Shown in pieces: positions 11,277 to 23,653 of a stretch of DNA of 64,000 bases (positions within the stretch are counted from its first letter, which is position 1; each line of letters starts with the position of its first letter). Below the pieces are notes generated by a model. That model saw nothing but the letters and a program-made list of their open reading frames with translations. It was not told where the DNA came from and did no database searches. The position numbers and the translations under genes are program-made. Origin of the DNA: Polynucleobacter sp. (GTDB lineage Bacteria > Pseudomonadota > Gammaproteobacteria > Burkholderiales > Burkholderiaceae); NCBI RefSeq assembly GCF_040400325.1, contig NZ_JBBAQK010000010.1:7698-71697 (forward strand), written 5' to 3'.

Positions 11277-11912
11277 ATGGACTCCATTGCTCAACTTCGC
11301 AAAAACTATACCTTTGGTCAGCTTTCTGAAACTGAGGTTCCGCACAATCCATTGCTGCTCTTTCAGCTTTGGTTTGACCAAGCTGTGAAAGCACAGTGTC
11401 CTGAACCTAACTCCATGACCTTAGCTACTGCGGACCAAGTAGGCAATCCATCAGCACGTATTGTCTTACTAAAAGGAGCTGATCAGAGCGGCTTTACCTT
11501 CTTTACCAATTACGAGAGTCAAAAAGGGCGTGATTTAGCAATTCGCCCCCAAGCTGCCCTCCTATTTCATTGGCATGAGCTAGAGCGTCAAGTGCGCATT
11601 AAAGGTCTCGTGGAGCGGGTTAGCGCGGCTGAAAGCGATGAATATTTTCATTCCCGTCCAGCCGCCTCCAGAATAGGTGCCTGGGCCTCCCCTCAAAGCT
11701 CTGCTATTCCTAGCCGCGAGTTTTTAGAGCAGGCTGAAAAACGTTACCAAGCAGAATTTGGTGACGCACCACCGCGCCCTGAATATTGGGGTGGATATCG
11801 CCTGCAACCTACGGAAATTGAGTTCTGGCAGGGTCGACCATCCAGACTTCATGACCGCATTCATTACAAGCTTGATGGGGCAAACTGGAAGATTGAGCGC
11901 TTAGCACCCTAA
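11277..11912 (+). CDS. pdxH: Pyridoxamine 5'-phosphate oxidase
   Basis: [38 protein letters not shown]. Start reassigned to ATG 11277. Confidence 0.95.
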   Translation: MDSIAQLRKNYTFGQLSETEVPHNPLLLFQLWFDQAVKAQCPEPNSMTLATADQVGNPSARIVLLKGADQSGFTFFTNYESQKGRDLAIRPQAALLFHWHELERQVRIKGLVERVSAAESDEYFHSRPAASRIGAWASPQSSAIPSREFLEQAEKRYQAEFGDAPPRPEYWGGYRLQPTEIEFWQGRPSRLHDRIHYKLDGANWKIERLAP

Positions 11913-12481
11913 GCATAACGAGCAGCAATGAGCGCTTTAAATTTGGCTCTAAATTTTGCGAGTTTAGGTGCTACGACTGCCATGCAGTAACCTTGATTTG
12001 GATGCTGCTGGAAATAATTCTGGTGATACTCTTCTGCTGGATAAATAATAGGGGCCGCATCAATCTGCGTTACCACTGGCGCAGAATAAATTTTTGAATC
12101 CTGAAGTTCCTTTACCACCTCATGAGCTATCTGGATTTGCGTATCACTATGAGAAAAGATGACCGAACGATATTGAGTGCCATGATCATTGCCCTGATAG
12201 TTCAAGGTCGTAGGATCATGAATCACAAAGAAAATCTCTAGCAAATCCCGAAAAGAAACGATCTTGGGATCAAATAAGATATCCACACTTTCAGCATGGC
12301 CAGTTGCTCCAGTACAAATCTCTTCATAACTAGGGTTAGGACGAGCGCCCCCGGCATAGCCAGAGACAACTGAGTGAACACCCTGAATTTGCTGGTAAAC
12401 AGCTTCAAGACACCAAAAGCACCCGCCACCCAGGGTGGCACGCTCTAAATTCTCTGGGGTTTTATTTAAGTTTTCATTCAT
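11909..12481 (-). CDS. msrA: Peptide-methionine (S)-S-oxide reductase
   Basis: [26 protein letters not shown]. Confidence 0.96.
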   Translation of the reverse strand: MNENLNKTPENLERATLGGGCFWCLEAVYQQIQGVHSVVSGYAGGARPNPSYEEICTGATGHAESVDILFDPKIVSFRDLLEIFFVIHDPTTLNYQGNDHGTQYRSVIFSHSDTQIQIAHEVVKELQDSKIYSAPVVTQIDAAPIIYPAEEYHQNYFQQHPNQGYCMAVVAPKLAKFRAKFKALIAARYA

Positions 12482-12531
12482 GGCTTTATCCTAATGCCTT
12501 ATTCCAAATTCTGCCAACTCTTAATCCCCTT

Positions 12532-13929
12532 ATGAATCGCTTCTCTCTCCAACTAGACGAAATCAAAGCTGCCTTCGCCGCAGAACCTAATCCATCTCTA
12601 GATATTCGGCTTGAACGGATTGCCCGAATTGAAAAAATGATTCAGGCCAATGAAGATAAAATTTGTAGGGCAGTTTCTGCTGATTTTGGCGTGCGTCATC
12701 CGATTGAAACCCGCCTAGCTGAATTTCAGATGATTTACCAAGCCTGTCAATTTACTCGTCAGCATCTTAAAGAATGGATGCGCCCCGAGCAAGTGGATAC
12801 GCCTATCACTCTTGGATCCTCAGAAGCATGGATTCAAAACCAAGCACTTGGCGTAGTCGGAATAATGAGTCCTTGGAATTATCCAGTGCAGTTAGCACTC
12901 GTTCCAGCGATTGCCGCCTTTGCTGCCGGCAATCGCGTCTGGCTTAAACCCTCAGAACGTTGTTTACGCACTTCGGGATTTTTGTCCAATCTGATTCAGG
13001 AATATTTTCACCCAACAGAATTTTGCGTTACCACTGGGGGCGCAGAAGTAGCAGAACAATTTGCAGCGCTGCCTTTTGATCACCTCTTTTTTACTGGCAA
13101 TGAAAGTATTGGTAAAAAGGTGATGCGATCAGCCGCTGAACATCTTACGCCCATCACACTTGAGCTTGGAGGCAAATCCCCTGCAATAATAGACTCCACA
13201 GCCAATCTTAAGGATGCAGCTGCAAGCATCGTTTATGGCAAATTACTTAATAGCGGACAAACCTGCATAGCCCCAGATTACCTTCTCATTGAACCATCCA
13301 AGCAAGATGTGTTTATCCAAGAACTGAAAGCTGCAGCACAAGAGCAATTTTCCAACCCTGATGAATTGACAGGACCGATTGATGACGTACAACTACAACA
13401 TTGGCAGCACTTGGTAGCTGATGCCCTCGATCGCGGTGCAAAAGCAATTTCTTTACTGAGGACTCCTGCTACTGGCGCCAGAAAGTTTGAGCCAGTAGCA
13501 CTGATTGACATCCCAGCAGAGGCCCGCGTCCTGCATGAAGAAATTTTTGGGCCTATTTTGCCGATTGTGACGATCGCTAACACTCAAGCTGCAATTGACT
13601 TGATCAACAAGAAACCTCATCCTTTAGCGCTCTATTGGTTTGGTAAAGACCAAAAGAATATGCAAAAGGTCTTAAGCGAAACAAGATCCGGCGGAGTCAC
13701 GATTAATGAAACTTTATTACACATCACAGTAGAGTCATTACCTTTTGGCGGCACTGGTGCAAGTGGCATGGGTGCTTATCATGGCAAAGTAGGATTTGAT
13801 CTCTTTAGTCATCGCAAATCGGTTTTGCAAGTAAGAGGCTTTTTAGGTTTAAACCTATGGAAAGGTAGCAAGCTAGCTCGTCCACCATATGGAAAAACAG
13901 TTGAACGTTTATTGCGCTTTCTGAAGTAA
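12532..13929 (+). CDS. Aldehyde dehydrogenase (coniferyl aldehyde dehydrogenase/ALDH3-like)
   Basis: PWNYP, LELGGKSP, GQTCIAPDY (catalytic Cys), EEIFGPILP, LPFGGTGASGMGAYHG. Confidence 0.88.
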   Translation: MNRFSLQLDEIKAAFAAEPNPSLDIRLERIARIEKMIQANEDKICRAVSADFGVRHPIETRLAEFQMIYQACQFTRQHLKEWMRPEQVDTPITLGSSEAWIQNQALGVVGIMSPWNYPVQLALVPAIAAFAAGNRVWLKPSERCLRTSGFLSNLIQEYFHPTEFCVTTGGAEVAEQFAALPFDHLFFTGNESIGKKVMRSAAEHLTPITLELGGKSPAIIDSTANLKDAAASIVYGKLLNSGQTCIAPDYLLIEPSKQDVFIQELKAAAQEQFSNPDELTGPIDDVQLQHWQHLVADALDRGAKAISLLRTPATGARKFEPVALIDIPAEARVLHEEIFGPILPIVTIANTQAAIDLINKKPHPLALYWFGKDQKNMQKVLSETRSGGVTINETLLHITVESLPFGGTGASGMGAYHGKVGFDLFSHRKSVLQVRGFLGLNLWKGSKLARPPYGKTVERLLRFLK

Positions 13930-14172
13930 TTGCAATTAACTGGGGAAAACCCTTGTAATCACATCCCCAAACTGTCATAATAGGAGGCTTTTTTAAGCAA
14001 TTTGTTTCATCGCCCCCCAGCTATATTTCAGCGTAACGTTTAGAAGTCATAAACACAGAATTAAAAAAACGCGCTGCCGCCTGTCTGATGGTCGATGCCT
14101 TTGACCATCGCACCCTTTAAAAACCATGGGTGCAACATACGGAGACATCCCTTTAAGGGGATGTTTAATAGC

Positions 14173-15708
<1,536 letters not shown>

Positions 15709-15710
15709 AT

Positions 15711-16283
15711 ATGAATCCCCGCAATCGCCTCCGTTCTTCATGGAATCGAGTCGGTTCCGGGAAGATTCATCGGGCGCCACGCAAGTGGCAGCGTTGGCTT
15801 AGTGATACTGGATCACTCACTCAAAAAATTGAGAAGGCAATTGGTCAAAAACTCGAAGTACAAGTTTTGCGCGATTATCCTCAATCCTTAAATAAGGACG
15901 AAAGTCGTTATTTTCATTTCCGCATTAGACGTTGTCGTGTACGGGAGGTCTTGCTGTGTGTAAACAATGTTCCCTTAGTCATTGCGCATAGCGTTATACC
16001 TACCTTTAGCTCGAGTGGTAGCAATCATGCCATTTTGCGATTAGGTAAAAAGCCCCTAGGCGCCGTACTCTTTGCTAAAAGCCGTCAGCATTCAAAGCCA
16101 AAGTGTCCACGTGATATTGCACGCTTAGATAAGAGTAGTGCCTTATGGAAAAAATGCTCCCAATATCTACCTGGGCTGAGTTCACCCTTATGGGCGCGAC
16201 GCACACTCTATCGACTGAAGGGTCATCCCATCCTCGTTAATGAAATTTTCCTGCCTGAGTTACTTCAGTATTCAATGACTTAG
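15711..16283 (+). CDS. ubiC: Chorismate pyruvate-lyase
   Basis: WLSDTGSLT, REVLL, LGKKPLGAVLF, WARRTLY, ILVNEIFLP. Confidence 0.85.
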   Translation: MNPRNRLRSSWNRVGSGKIHRAPRKWQRWLSDTGSLTQKIEKAIGQKLEVQVLRDYPQSLNKDESRYFHFRIRRCRVREVLLCVNNVPLVIAHSVIPTFSSSGSNHAILRLGKKPLGAVLFAKSRQHSKPKCPRDIARLDKSSALWKKCSQYLPGLSSPLWARRTLYRLKGHPILVNEIFLPELLQYSMT

Positions 16284-17104
16284 AGCGATAACCAAGCCAA
16301 AGTAGTTTTGATTAAAGCTTCATCACCAGAGTCTGTAGTAAACACCTCACCAAAGCCAATCAGCTCTGCAGCATCTGCGATATTGTGATGCGGACAAATG
16401 GCGCTTGCACTGCTCAAACCATAAGTGAATTGATCTTCAATCACCTTACCTAAGTAGCGGACCGCTTCAGAGGAAGTCAGAAGCCACAGGGATTTAGAAA
16501 AATCCATATCGTGAATCGCTTGCCATACAGGATTATCAATATCCAAAGGAATGCGGGTATAGGTTGAAATCCCTTCAACTGTAGCGCCTGCCTTTTTCAG
16601 GGTATTGGCAAGCCAATCACGCCCGCCCTCACCCTTAAAAATAAGGACCTTCTTACCTTGCCAATCCCATCCGAGCTTTTGCAATTCTAGCCATAAACCT
16701 TCTGAATCCGACTGCGCATTATTTTCTGGAATGATGATGGGTGTTGGTTTGATTTCTGTACCAACACCATGATTTTGTAAGGCATGCTTACTGCTGCCGC
16801 CCATTACCCCAATAGGAATAATCTTTTTTGAAAAGTCTTGCCAATCTCGCTCCAATAAGCGCATCACACTCTCAATTGCATTGGGGCTAACAAAGATCGC
16901 GAGATCAGTGTCATGTAAAGCAGATGAAATGTGATCAGCCAAAGCAGCGTCCGTCTTAGGCACTATGGTCAACAAAGGTAAAGAAATGATTTCTGGAAGA
17001 CCGCGCTTCGCAACGCCACTTTTCTCAATCGCCTGCATGAGTACTTCAATCAGTTGACGAGCTTGCCCACTAGGTCTAGTGACAACGATAGTTTTAGCAC
17101 TCAT
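16280..17104 (-). CDS. hemD: Uroporphyrinogen-III synthase
   Basis: VVTRPSGQA, IFVSPNA, KGEGGRDWLA, TSSEA. Follows hemC. Confidence 0.9.
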   Translation of the reverse strand: MSAKTIVVTRPSGQARQLIEVLMQAIEKSGVAKRGLPEIISLPLLTIVPKTDAALADHISSALHDTDLAIFVSPNAIESVMRLLERDWQDFSKKIIPIGVMGGSSKHALQNHGVGTEIKPTPIIIPENNAQSDSEGLWLELQKLGWDWQGKKVLIFKGEGGRDWLANTLKKAGATVEGISTYTRIPLDIDNPVWQAIHDMDFSKSLWLLTSSEAVRYLGKVIEDQFTYGLSSASAICPHHNIADAAELIGFGEVFTTDSGDEALIKTTLAWLSL

Positions 17105-17120
17105 GCTGTTGCCTGATGAG

Positions 17121-18089
17121 TTATTGTTTTGTAATCTTTGGTATCAACTCTGCCGCACCTTGATCAAGTAAATCTTGAGCAACTAATAATCCTAAAGCTT
17201 CAGCTTGTGCGATTGACTGCACTGGGGCACTACCACTGGCTTGGCAAATCGCTTTGCCATCGATACTAGCCACAAAGGATCGGATGTGCATGTGGTCTTT
17301 ATCCCAGACGGCATGCGCTGCCAAGGGCACTTCACAGGAACCACCTAACTGGCGAGAGACCATCCGCTCGGCACTAACGGCATATAAGGTGGGTAGGTCA
17401 TTTAAGGGCGCTAGCCATTGTTTGATATTAGGATGTGCACTTAGGGTCTCAATGCCAAGCGCTCCTTGGCCGGCCGCTGGAGTGTAAGGGTCATAAGGTA
17501 AAAAGGCTCGAATACGACTTTCTAGTCCTAAGCGCTTTAAACCTGCTGCAGCCAAAATAATGGCTTGATACTCGCCACGATCAAGCTTACCCATGCGGGT
17601 ATCTAAATTACCCCTCAAGGGTTCAATCACAAGATGAGGGAACTTGGCGCGGATGACTGACTCACGACGCAAGCTCGAAGTACCGACAATGGCCCCCTGG
17701 GGAAGGTCTGCTAGGCTAGCGTAGTCATTAGAAACAAAGGCGTCACGGGCATCTTCCCGAGCCATGACACACGATAGATCAAACCCATCAGGCATCACCA
17801 TCGGCACATCTTTTAAGGAATGAACCGCTAAATCGGCACAACCATCCTCTAGTGCGGTTTCGAGCTCTTTGACGAAAAGGCCTTTGCCCCCCACTTTAGA
17901 GAGGGCTTTATCCAAGATCTGGTCCCCGCGAGTAGTCATGCCCAAAATCTGGACATCACACTGGGGATAGAGCTTTTTAAGGCAATCGCGGACAAATTGA
18001 GCCTGCCACATGGCCAAACGGCTTTCACGGGAGGCAATGACTAGGCGTGCAGGGGAGGATAAGCAAGGAGAATTTAGGGTTTGGGACAT
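17121..18089 (-). CDS. hemC: Hydroxymethylbilane synthase
   Basis: [47 protein letters not shown]. Start reassigned to 18089. Confidence 0.96.
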   Translation of the reverse strand: MSQTLNSPCLSSPARLVIASRESRLAMWQAQFVRDCLKKLYPQCDVQILGMTTRGDQILDKALSKVGGKGLFVKELETALEDGCADLAVHSLKDVPMVMPDGFDLSCVMAREDARDAFVSNDYASLADLPQGAIVGTSSLRRESVIRAKFPHLVIEPLRGNLDTRMGKLDRGEYQAIILAAAGLKRLGLESRIRAFLPYDPYTPAAGQGALGIETLSAHPNIKQWLAPLNDLPTLYAVSAERMVSRQLGGSCEVPLAAHAVWDKDHMHIRSFVASIDGKAICQASGSAPVQSIAQAEALGLLVAQDLLDQGAAELIPKITKQ

Positions 18090-18120
18090 GACATTTAAAA
18101 TAATAAAAGACCTCCACCAA

Positions 18121-18126
18121 TATACT
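18121..18126 (+). promoter_or_regulatory. Putative -10 hexamer TATACT, 6 nt before the argH ATG (leaderless candidate)
   Basis: TATACT-gtgttt-ATG. No SD. Confidence 0.6.
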
Positions 18127-18132
18127 GTGTTT

Positions 18133-19551
18133 ATGAGCTCATCCAAAAATTCCTTAGCCAACAAAGCCCAAGCATGGTCAGCCCGTTTTGACGAACCCGT
18201 AGACGAACTTGTTCAGCGCTATACCGCCTCTATTGGCTTTGATCAACGCTTTGCGATGGTTGATATTGCCGGATCTCTAGCTCATGCAGAAATGCTGGCC
18301 AAGCAAAAAATCATCAGCGCTCAAGATTTGGCTGATATCCAGAAGGGTATGGCTCAAATTAAGAGTGAAATTGAGTCTGGTCAATTTAATTGGCAATTGG
18401 CGCTGGAAGATGTTCACCTTAATATTGAAGCTCGCCTCACCGAATTAGTGGGCGATGCTGGTAAACGGCTACATACCGGTCGTTCACGTAATGATCAAGT
18501 AGCAACGGATTTGCGTCTATGGATGCGCGGCAGTGTTGATGATATTGCTATTACTCTTAAATTATTACGCACTGCTCTTTTGGATTTAGCAGAAAAGCAT
18601 GCCGCTACTATCATGCCCGGCCACACTCATTTACAGGTGGCACAACCCATTACGTTTGGTCACCACCTGATGGCTTATTACGAAATGTTTAGTCGTGATT
18701 CCAGCCGTTTAGTCGACTTACGGGCTCGCTTTAATCGCTTACCTTTAGGTGCTGCAGCATTGGCAGGTACTTCTTACCCAATTGATCGTGAACAGGTTGC
18801 GCGCACCTTAGGCTTTGATGGTATCTGCAATAACTCCCTAGATGCAGTATCGGATCGCGACTTTGCAATTGAGTTCTGCGCTTTTGCATCTATCCTGATG
18901 ATGCATGTATCTCGCTTATCTGAAGAACTGATTCTTTGGCTCAGTCCACGCTTTGGCTTTATTGATTTACCTGATCGCTTTTGCACTGGCAGCTCCATCA
19001 TGCCGCAAAAGAAAAACCCAGATGTTCCTGAGTTGGCAAGAGGCAAGACTGGGCGTGTGTATGGCGACTTGATTGCTTTATTGACGCTCATGAAGGGGCA
19101 ACCCCTCGCGTACAACAAAGATAACCAAGAAGATAAAGAGCCTTTATTTGATGCAGTGGATACCGTACAAGATACCTTACGAATCTTTGCTGATATGGTT
19201 CCTCACATTGAAGTTAAGGTCGATGTGATGAAAGCTGCTGCACAAGAGGGTTTTGCGACAGCTACAGACTTAGCTGACTATTTAGTGAAAAAAGGTCTGG
19301 CATTTCGTGATGCTCATGAAGCTGTAGCCCATGCTGTCAAAGCCTGTGTAGGTAGAAATTGCATGCTCACCGATCTGAGTCTTTCTGAATTGCGTTTTGC
19401 CTGTGGATTAGATAACCGCCCTGAACTCATGAGTGATGATGTCTTCTCCCTGCTGACGGTAGATGGGTCAGTGCAATCTCGCCAACACGCTGGTGGTACT
19501 GCACCAGCACAAGTACTGGCAGCCATCAAAAGAGGCCGTGCAGGTCTGTAA
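18133..19551 (+). CDS. argH: Argininosuccinate lyase
   Basis: [43 protein letters not shown]. Start reassigned to ATG 18133. Confidence 0.96.
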   Translation: MSSSKNSLANKAQAWSARFDEPVDELVQRYTASIGFDQRFAMVDIAGSLAHAEMLAKQKIISAQDLADIQKGMAQIKSEIESGQFNWQLALEDVHLNIEARLTELVGDAGKRLHTGRSRNDQVATDLRLWMRGSVDDIAITLKLLRTALLDLAEKHAATIMPGHTHLQVAQPITFGHHLMAYYEMFSRDSSRLVDLRARFNRLPLGAAALAGTSYPIDREQVARTLGFDGICNNSLDAVSDRDFAIEFCAFASILMMHVSRLSEELILWLSPRFGFIDLPDRFCTGSSIMPQKKNPDVPELARGKTGRVYGDLIALLTLMKGQPLAYNKDNQEDKEPLFDAVDTVQDTLRIFADMVPHIEVKVDVMKAAAQEGFATATDLADYLVKKGLAFRDAHEAVAHAVKACVGRNCMLTDLSLSELRFACGLDNRPELMSDDVFSLLTVDGSVQSRQHAGGTAPAQVLAAIKRGRAGL

Positions 19552-19633
19552 AGGGCAAGGGGTTCTGGTCTAAGCCGGTTAATTAGATTCAAACCCATCG
19601 CCATTAAGAAGGATTTAGCGTCGGACTGCCCAG

Positions 19634-21901
19634 CTATAGCGTTATGTCTGGCTCCTGCCTGACACAGTCAACGTAATACTCACTACGTCCATCAATCCCC
19701 GCTTTAACAAGACCGTGAATATCGGTTTCAAAGCCAGGAAACTTCTCATTAAAGTCTCGAGCAAAATATAGATAATCCACAATCCGCTTATTAAAGCGCT
19801 CCCCTGGAATCAGCAATGGAATGCCTGGGGGGTACGGAGTAACTAACATTGCGGTTACGCGACCCTCTAACTGATCTAATGGCACGCGATCGACCTCTTT
19901 ATGTGCCATCTTGGCCCAAGCTTCGGAAGGCATCATTGCAGGCACCATATCAGAGGTATACATTTCTGTTGTCATGCGAGCAACATTACGACCCTTATAG
20001 AACTCATGAATCTGTTGGCAAATATCCTTCAGACCAACGCGCTCGTAGCGTGGATGCTTCGCCACAAACTCTGGCAATACTTTCCACAAAGGTGCATTTT
20101 TATCAAAGTGGTCCTTAAATTGCTGCAATTCAGTAACAAGAGTATTCCAGCGGCCTTTGGTAATACCAATCGTGAACATGATGAAGAAAGAATACAAGCC
20201 GCACTTCTCAACAATCACACCATGTTCAGCCAAGTACTTGGTAACAATGCTCGCCGGTATACCCATTGAACCAAAGTTACCTTCAATATCTAGGCCTGGA
20301 GTAACCACTGTGGCTTTAATAGGATCAAGCATGTTGAAATCTTTGGCCAACTTACCGAAGTCATGCCAAGCGGCGGAGGGTTCCAAGATCCAATCTGAAC
20401 GCTCGCCAATACCTTCTTCAGTTAAATGATCTGGACCCCAAACCTTAAACCACCAGTCTGCACCAAACTTTTCATCTACTTCACGCATGGCACGCCGGAA
20501 ATCCATTGCTTCAGCGATAGACTCTTCTACAAGCGTAGTGCCACCGGGGGCCTCCATCATGGCCGCAGAGACATCGCAAGAAGCAATAATGGCGTACTGC
20601 GGACTAGTCGAGGTATGCATCAAGTAGGCCTCATTAAAGCAATCACGATCAAGCTTGTGCTCATCAGCATCCTGAACTAATACTTGCGATGCCTGGGATA
20701 AGCCAGCCAGTAATTTATGAGTAGACTGAGTAGCAAACGTCAGACTCTTTTTAGTGCGCTTGCGATCAGCACCAATGGCGTGCATATCTTTGTAAAAAGG
20801 ATGGAAGGTAGCATGGGGCAACCAAGCTTCATCAAAATGCAAAGAATCCACTTTACCGTCGAGCATCTCTTTAATCATCTCGACGTTGTAAATAATGCCA
20901 TCATAAGTGCTTTGCGTGAGTGTCATCACTCGCGGAACAACGTTTTTATTCTTAATAAATGGATTAGCATCAATTTTCTTTTTGATATTGGCCCACTCAA
21001 ACTCTTCTTTAGGAATTGGCCCAATAATGCCCAAGTGATTACGCGTAGGCATTAAGAAAATCGGAATGGCCCCCATCATGGTGATCGAATGAATAACTGA
21101 CTTATGACAGTTTCGATCTACTATTACGACATCGCCTGGCGCTACCGTAGAGTGCCAAACTATTTTGTTGGAAGTTGAAGTTCCATTTGTTACAAAGAAT
21201 AAATGGTCGGCACTAAAGATGCGGGCGGCATTACGTTCGCTTTGCAACACTGGTCCCGTGTGATCTAAAAGCTGCCCTAATTCCTCGACCGCATTACACA
21301 CGTCTGCACGCAACATATTTTCACCAAAGAACTGATGAAACATTCGGCCTACTGGGCTTTTTAGGAAAGCTACACCGCCTGAGTGTCCAGGACAATGCCA
21401 TGAATACGAACCCTCTGAAGCGTAATTTGTTAAGGCGCGGAAGAATGGCGGAGCTAATGAATCTAAATAAACCTTAGCCTCACGAATGATGTGACGCGCT
21501 ACAAATTCTGGGGTGTCTTCATTCATATGAATAAAGCCATGCAGCTCACGCAAAATATCGTTTGGCATATGGCGCGATGTGCGAGTCTCACCATATAGGA
21601 AGATTGGAATATCTTCATTGCGCTTACGAACTTCGGTAATGAAAGCACGCAGGTTATTTAAAGCTGGGAGATCGTGGTCTTCCGAATCAGAATCAAATTC
21701 TTCATCATCAATCGATACGATAAAGCTAGAGGCACGAGATGCTTGCTGAGCAAATGAAGTAAGGTCGCCGTAACTGGTCAAACCAATAACTTCCATTCCT
21801 TCGGTTTCAATAGCCTCTGCTAAATCGCGAATACCAGAGCCCGAAATATTTTCCGAACGAAAGTCCTCATCAATAATGATGATTGGGAAACGAAATTTCA
21901 T
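19634..21901 (-). CDS. PLP-dependent arginine/lysine/ornithine decarboxylase (fold type I, with wing domain)
   Basis: WHCPGHSGG, NGTSTSNK, DRNCHKS, HFDEAW, TQSTHKLL (PLP Lys), PYPPGIPL. Confidence 0.92.
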   Translation of the reverse strand: MKFRFPIIIIDEDFRSENISGSGIRDLAEAIETEGMEVIGLTSYGDLTSFAQQASRASSFIVSIDDEEFDSDSEDHDLPALNNLRAFITEVRKRNEDIPIFLYGETRTSRHMPNDILRELHGFIHMNEDTPEFVARHIIREAKVYLDSLAPPFFRALTNYASEGSYSWHCPGHSGGVAFLKSPVGRMFHQFFGENMLRADVCNAVEELGQLLDHTGPVLQSERNAARIFSADHLFFVTNGTSTSNKIVWHSTVAPGDVVIVDRNCHKSVIHSITMMGAIPIFLMPTRNHLGIIGPIPKEEFEWANIKKKIDANPFIKNKNVVPRVMTLTQSTYDGIIYNVEMIKEMLDGKVDSLHFDEAWLPHATFHPFYKDMHAIGADRKRTKKSLTFATQSTHKLLAGLSQASQVLVQDADEHKLDRDCFNEAYLMHTSTSPQYAIIASCDVSAAMMEAPGGTTLVEESIAEAMDFRRAMREVDEKFGADWWFKVWGPDHLTEEGIGERSDWILEPSAAWHDFGKLAKDFNMLDPIKATVVTPGLDIEGNFGSMGIPASIVTKYLAEHGVIVEKCGLYSFFIMFTIGITKGRWNTLVTELQQFKDHFDKNAPLWKVLPEFVAKHPRYERVGLKDICQQIHEFYKGRNVARMTTEMYTSDMVPAMMPSEAWAKMAHKEVDRVPLDQLEGRVTAMLVTPYPPGIPLLIPGERFNKRIVDYLYFARDFNEKFPGFETDIHGLVKAGIDGRSEYYVDCVRQEPDITL

Positions 21902-22018
21902 AAATACTCCCCTGCTGTATGGCCCAATGGATTTGGAGCCGATTTCTTAAAATTGGAAAGCATCATTAACCGACCAAAATGATGGCTGAAAGGATATGTA
22001 CACACTGCCGCAAATGGC

Positions 22019-22585
22019 TCAGGTCTTAGGCAGGGTTACGCCCTGCTGACCTTGATACTTGCCACCACGATCTTTGTACGATGTACCACATACTTCATCG
22101 CTCTCAAAGAAAAGTACTTGGGCGCATCCCTCACCTGCATAAATCTTTGCAGGCAATGGTGTAGTGTTCGAAAATTCTAAGGTGACGTAACCCTCCCATT
22201 CAGGTTCGAATGGAGTGACGTTCACAATAATTCCGCAACGAGCATAAGTACTTTTGCCAACGCAGATCGTCAATACACTGCGTGGAATCTTGAAGTACTC
22301 CACCGTTCTCGCTAAGGCAAATGAGTTTGGGGGGATAATACAAACATCGCCCCTGAAATCAACAAAGGATTGTTCATCGAAATTTTTTGGATCGACGATA
22401 GTGCTATTGATATTAGTAAAAATCTTGAATTCGTCTGCACAACGAATGTCATAGCCATAACTTGATGTGCCATAACTCACGATTTTGTTACCAGCAGCGT
22501 CTTGGCGAATTTGCCCAGGCTCAAATGGGCTGATCATGCCTTGCTCGCCCATACGGCGGATCCAGTGGTCTGATTTAATAGTCAT
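22019..22585 (-). CDS. dcd: dCTP deaminase
   Basis: [38 protein letters not shown]. Start at ATG 22585. Confidence 0.95.
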   Translation of the reverse strand: MTIKSDHWIRRMGEQGMISPFEPGQIRQDAAGNKIVSYGTSSYGYDIRCADEFKIFTNINSTIVDPKNFDEQSFVDFRGDVCIIPPNSFALARTVEYFKIPRSVLTICVGKSTYARCGIIVNVTPFEPEWEGYVTLEFSNTTPLPAKIYAGEGCAQVLFFESDEVCGTSYKDRGGKYQGQQGVTLPKT

Positions 22586-22591
22586 GGCGGA

Positions 22592-22597
22592 ATTGTA
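22592..22597 (-). promoter_or_regulatory. Putative -10 hexamer TACAAT, 6 nt before the dcd ATG (leaderless candidate)
   Basis: Minus strand TACAAT-tccgcc-ATG. No SD. Confidence 0.6.
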
Positions 22598-22648
22598 AAA
22601 CCTTCGTAGGGAACTTCCCACTTTTTATGGTGGGTGGGCAAGTAAAAA

Positions 22649-23488
22649 TCAGCTAATTTGACTAAAAAGGACTCGCTCAGGGGCGTTGTAGATCTCGAAG
22701 TGTTTGCCTGAGCAGCGGGACATGATGGTGAGATTGGTTTTACGGGCTAGTTCAAGACCCATCAAGGTCACGCCGGAGCGTGTCAGAAGAAAGGGGATCC
22801 CCATTTGAGCTCCCTTGATGACCATCTCGGAAGTCAAGCGCCCAGTGGTAAAGAAAATCAAATCCTTCCCAGGCTTATTCACTAGCCACATCAAACCAGA
22901 AATGGAATCTACCGCATTGTGGCGACCGACATCCTCAATAAAATATAAAAGCCTTACCTCTGCGTCGCCTTGCCTTTCAAAAACCGCGCAAGCATGGACA
23001 GAGCCAGACTTTTTATAAATCGTGTCATGAGAACGGATCGATTCAATTAGGCCAACAATTGCCTCTTGAGATAATGTTGGACCCTCTGGTAGCCGAGTCT
23101 GTGACATCTCCTCCATGAGACCACCAAACATTGTGCCTTGCCCACAACCAGTAGTGACGACCCTCTTACTAGTGAGAGCATCAATATCGACTGTACTGCG
23201 TCTTGTTTTCACTGCCGCTGAATCTGTATCCCAATCCACCTGGATGCTTTCAATATCACCTGGGGACTCAACCATCCGCTGATTACGCAGGTATCCGAGA
23301 ACTAAGGCCTCTGGGGCACTTCCCAAAGTCATCAAAGTCACGATTTCACGCTTATCCAAATAGATCGTCAGGGGGCGCTCTCCGGGTATATGGGTGAGCT
23401 TAAGACGCCCCATTTCATCCAATATTTCAACCTCATGCACCAAGGGCACGGAGGCATTTGACATCTGAATATTGGGCTTTACTGCCAT
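22649..23488 (-). CDS. fdhD: Formate dehydrogenase accessory sulfurtransferase FdhD
   Basis: ERPLTIYL, TTGCGQG, GSVHACA, EDVGRHNAVD, TGRLTSEMVIK. AGGA SD before ATG 23488. Confidence 0.9.
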   Translation of the reverse strand: MAVKPNIQMSNASVPLVHEVEILDEMGRLKLTHIPGERPLTIYLDKREIVTLMTLGSAPEALVLGYLRNQRMVESPGDIESIQVDWDTDSAAVKTRRSTVDIDALTSKRVVTTGCGQGTMFGGLMEEMSQTRLPEGPTLSQEAIVGLIESIRSHDTIYKKSGSVHACAVFERQGDAEVRLLYFIEDVGRHNAVDSISGLMWLVNKPGKDLIFFTTGRLTSEMVIKGAQMGIPFLLTRSGVTLMGLELARKTNLTIMSRCSGKHFEIYNAPERVLFSQIS

Positions 23489-23653
23489 AAAACGCTTTCC
23501 TATGGAGGTGTAAACCGAAGTTGATTGCTCATTATTGATCACCAATGGGGTATTACTTTAACTGCAGACTAAAATTAGTGCTCAATCAATGCATTAGACC
23601 CAGCATAATCCTAGATTAACCCTATTTAACTCTCTTATTAAAGTCCGCTTCAC

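Noticed and set aside
17121-19551. Apparent large overlap between the hemC (to 18164) and argH (from 18010) ORFs
   Set aside because: Artifact of longest-ORF calling. Homology-consistent starts (18089 and 18133) remove the overlap.
21898-21966. 22-codon uORF (MMLSNFKKSAP...) whose TGA overlaps the decarboxylase ATG
   Set aside because: ATG-A always creates that TGA, an open run of this length is common by chance, and there is no SD or Arg/Lys/Orn-related codon cluster.
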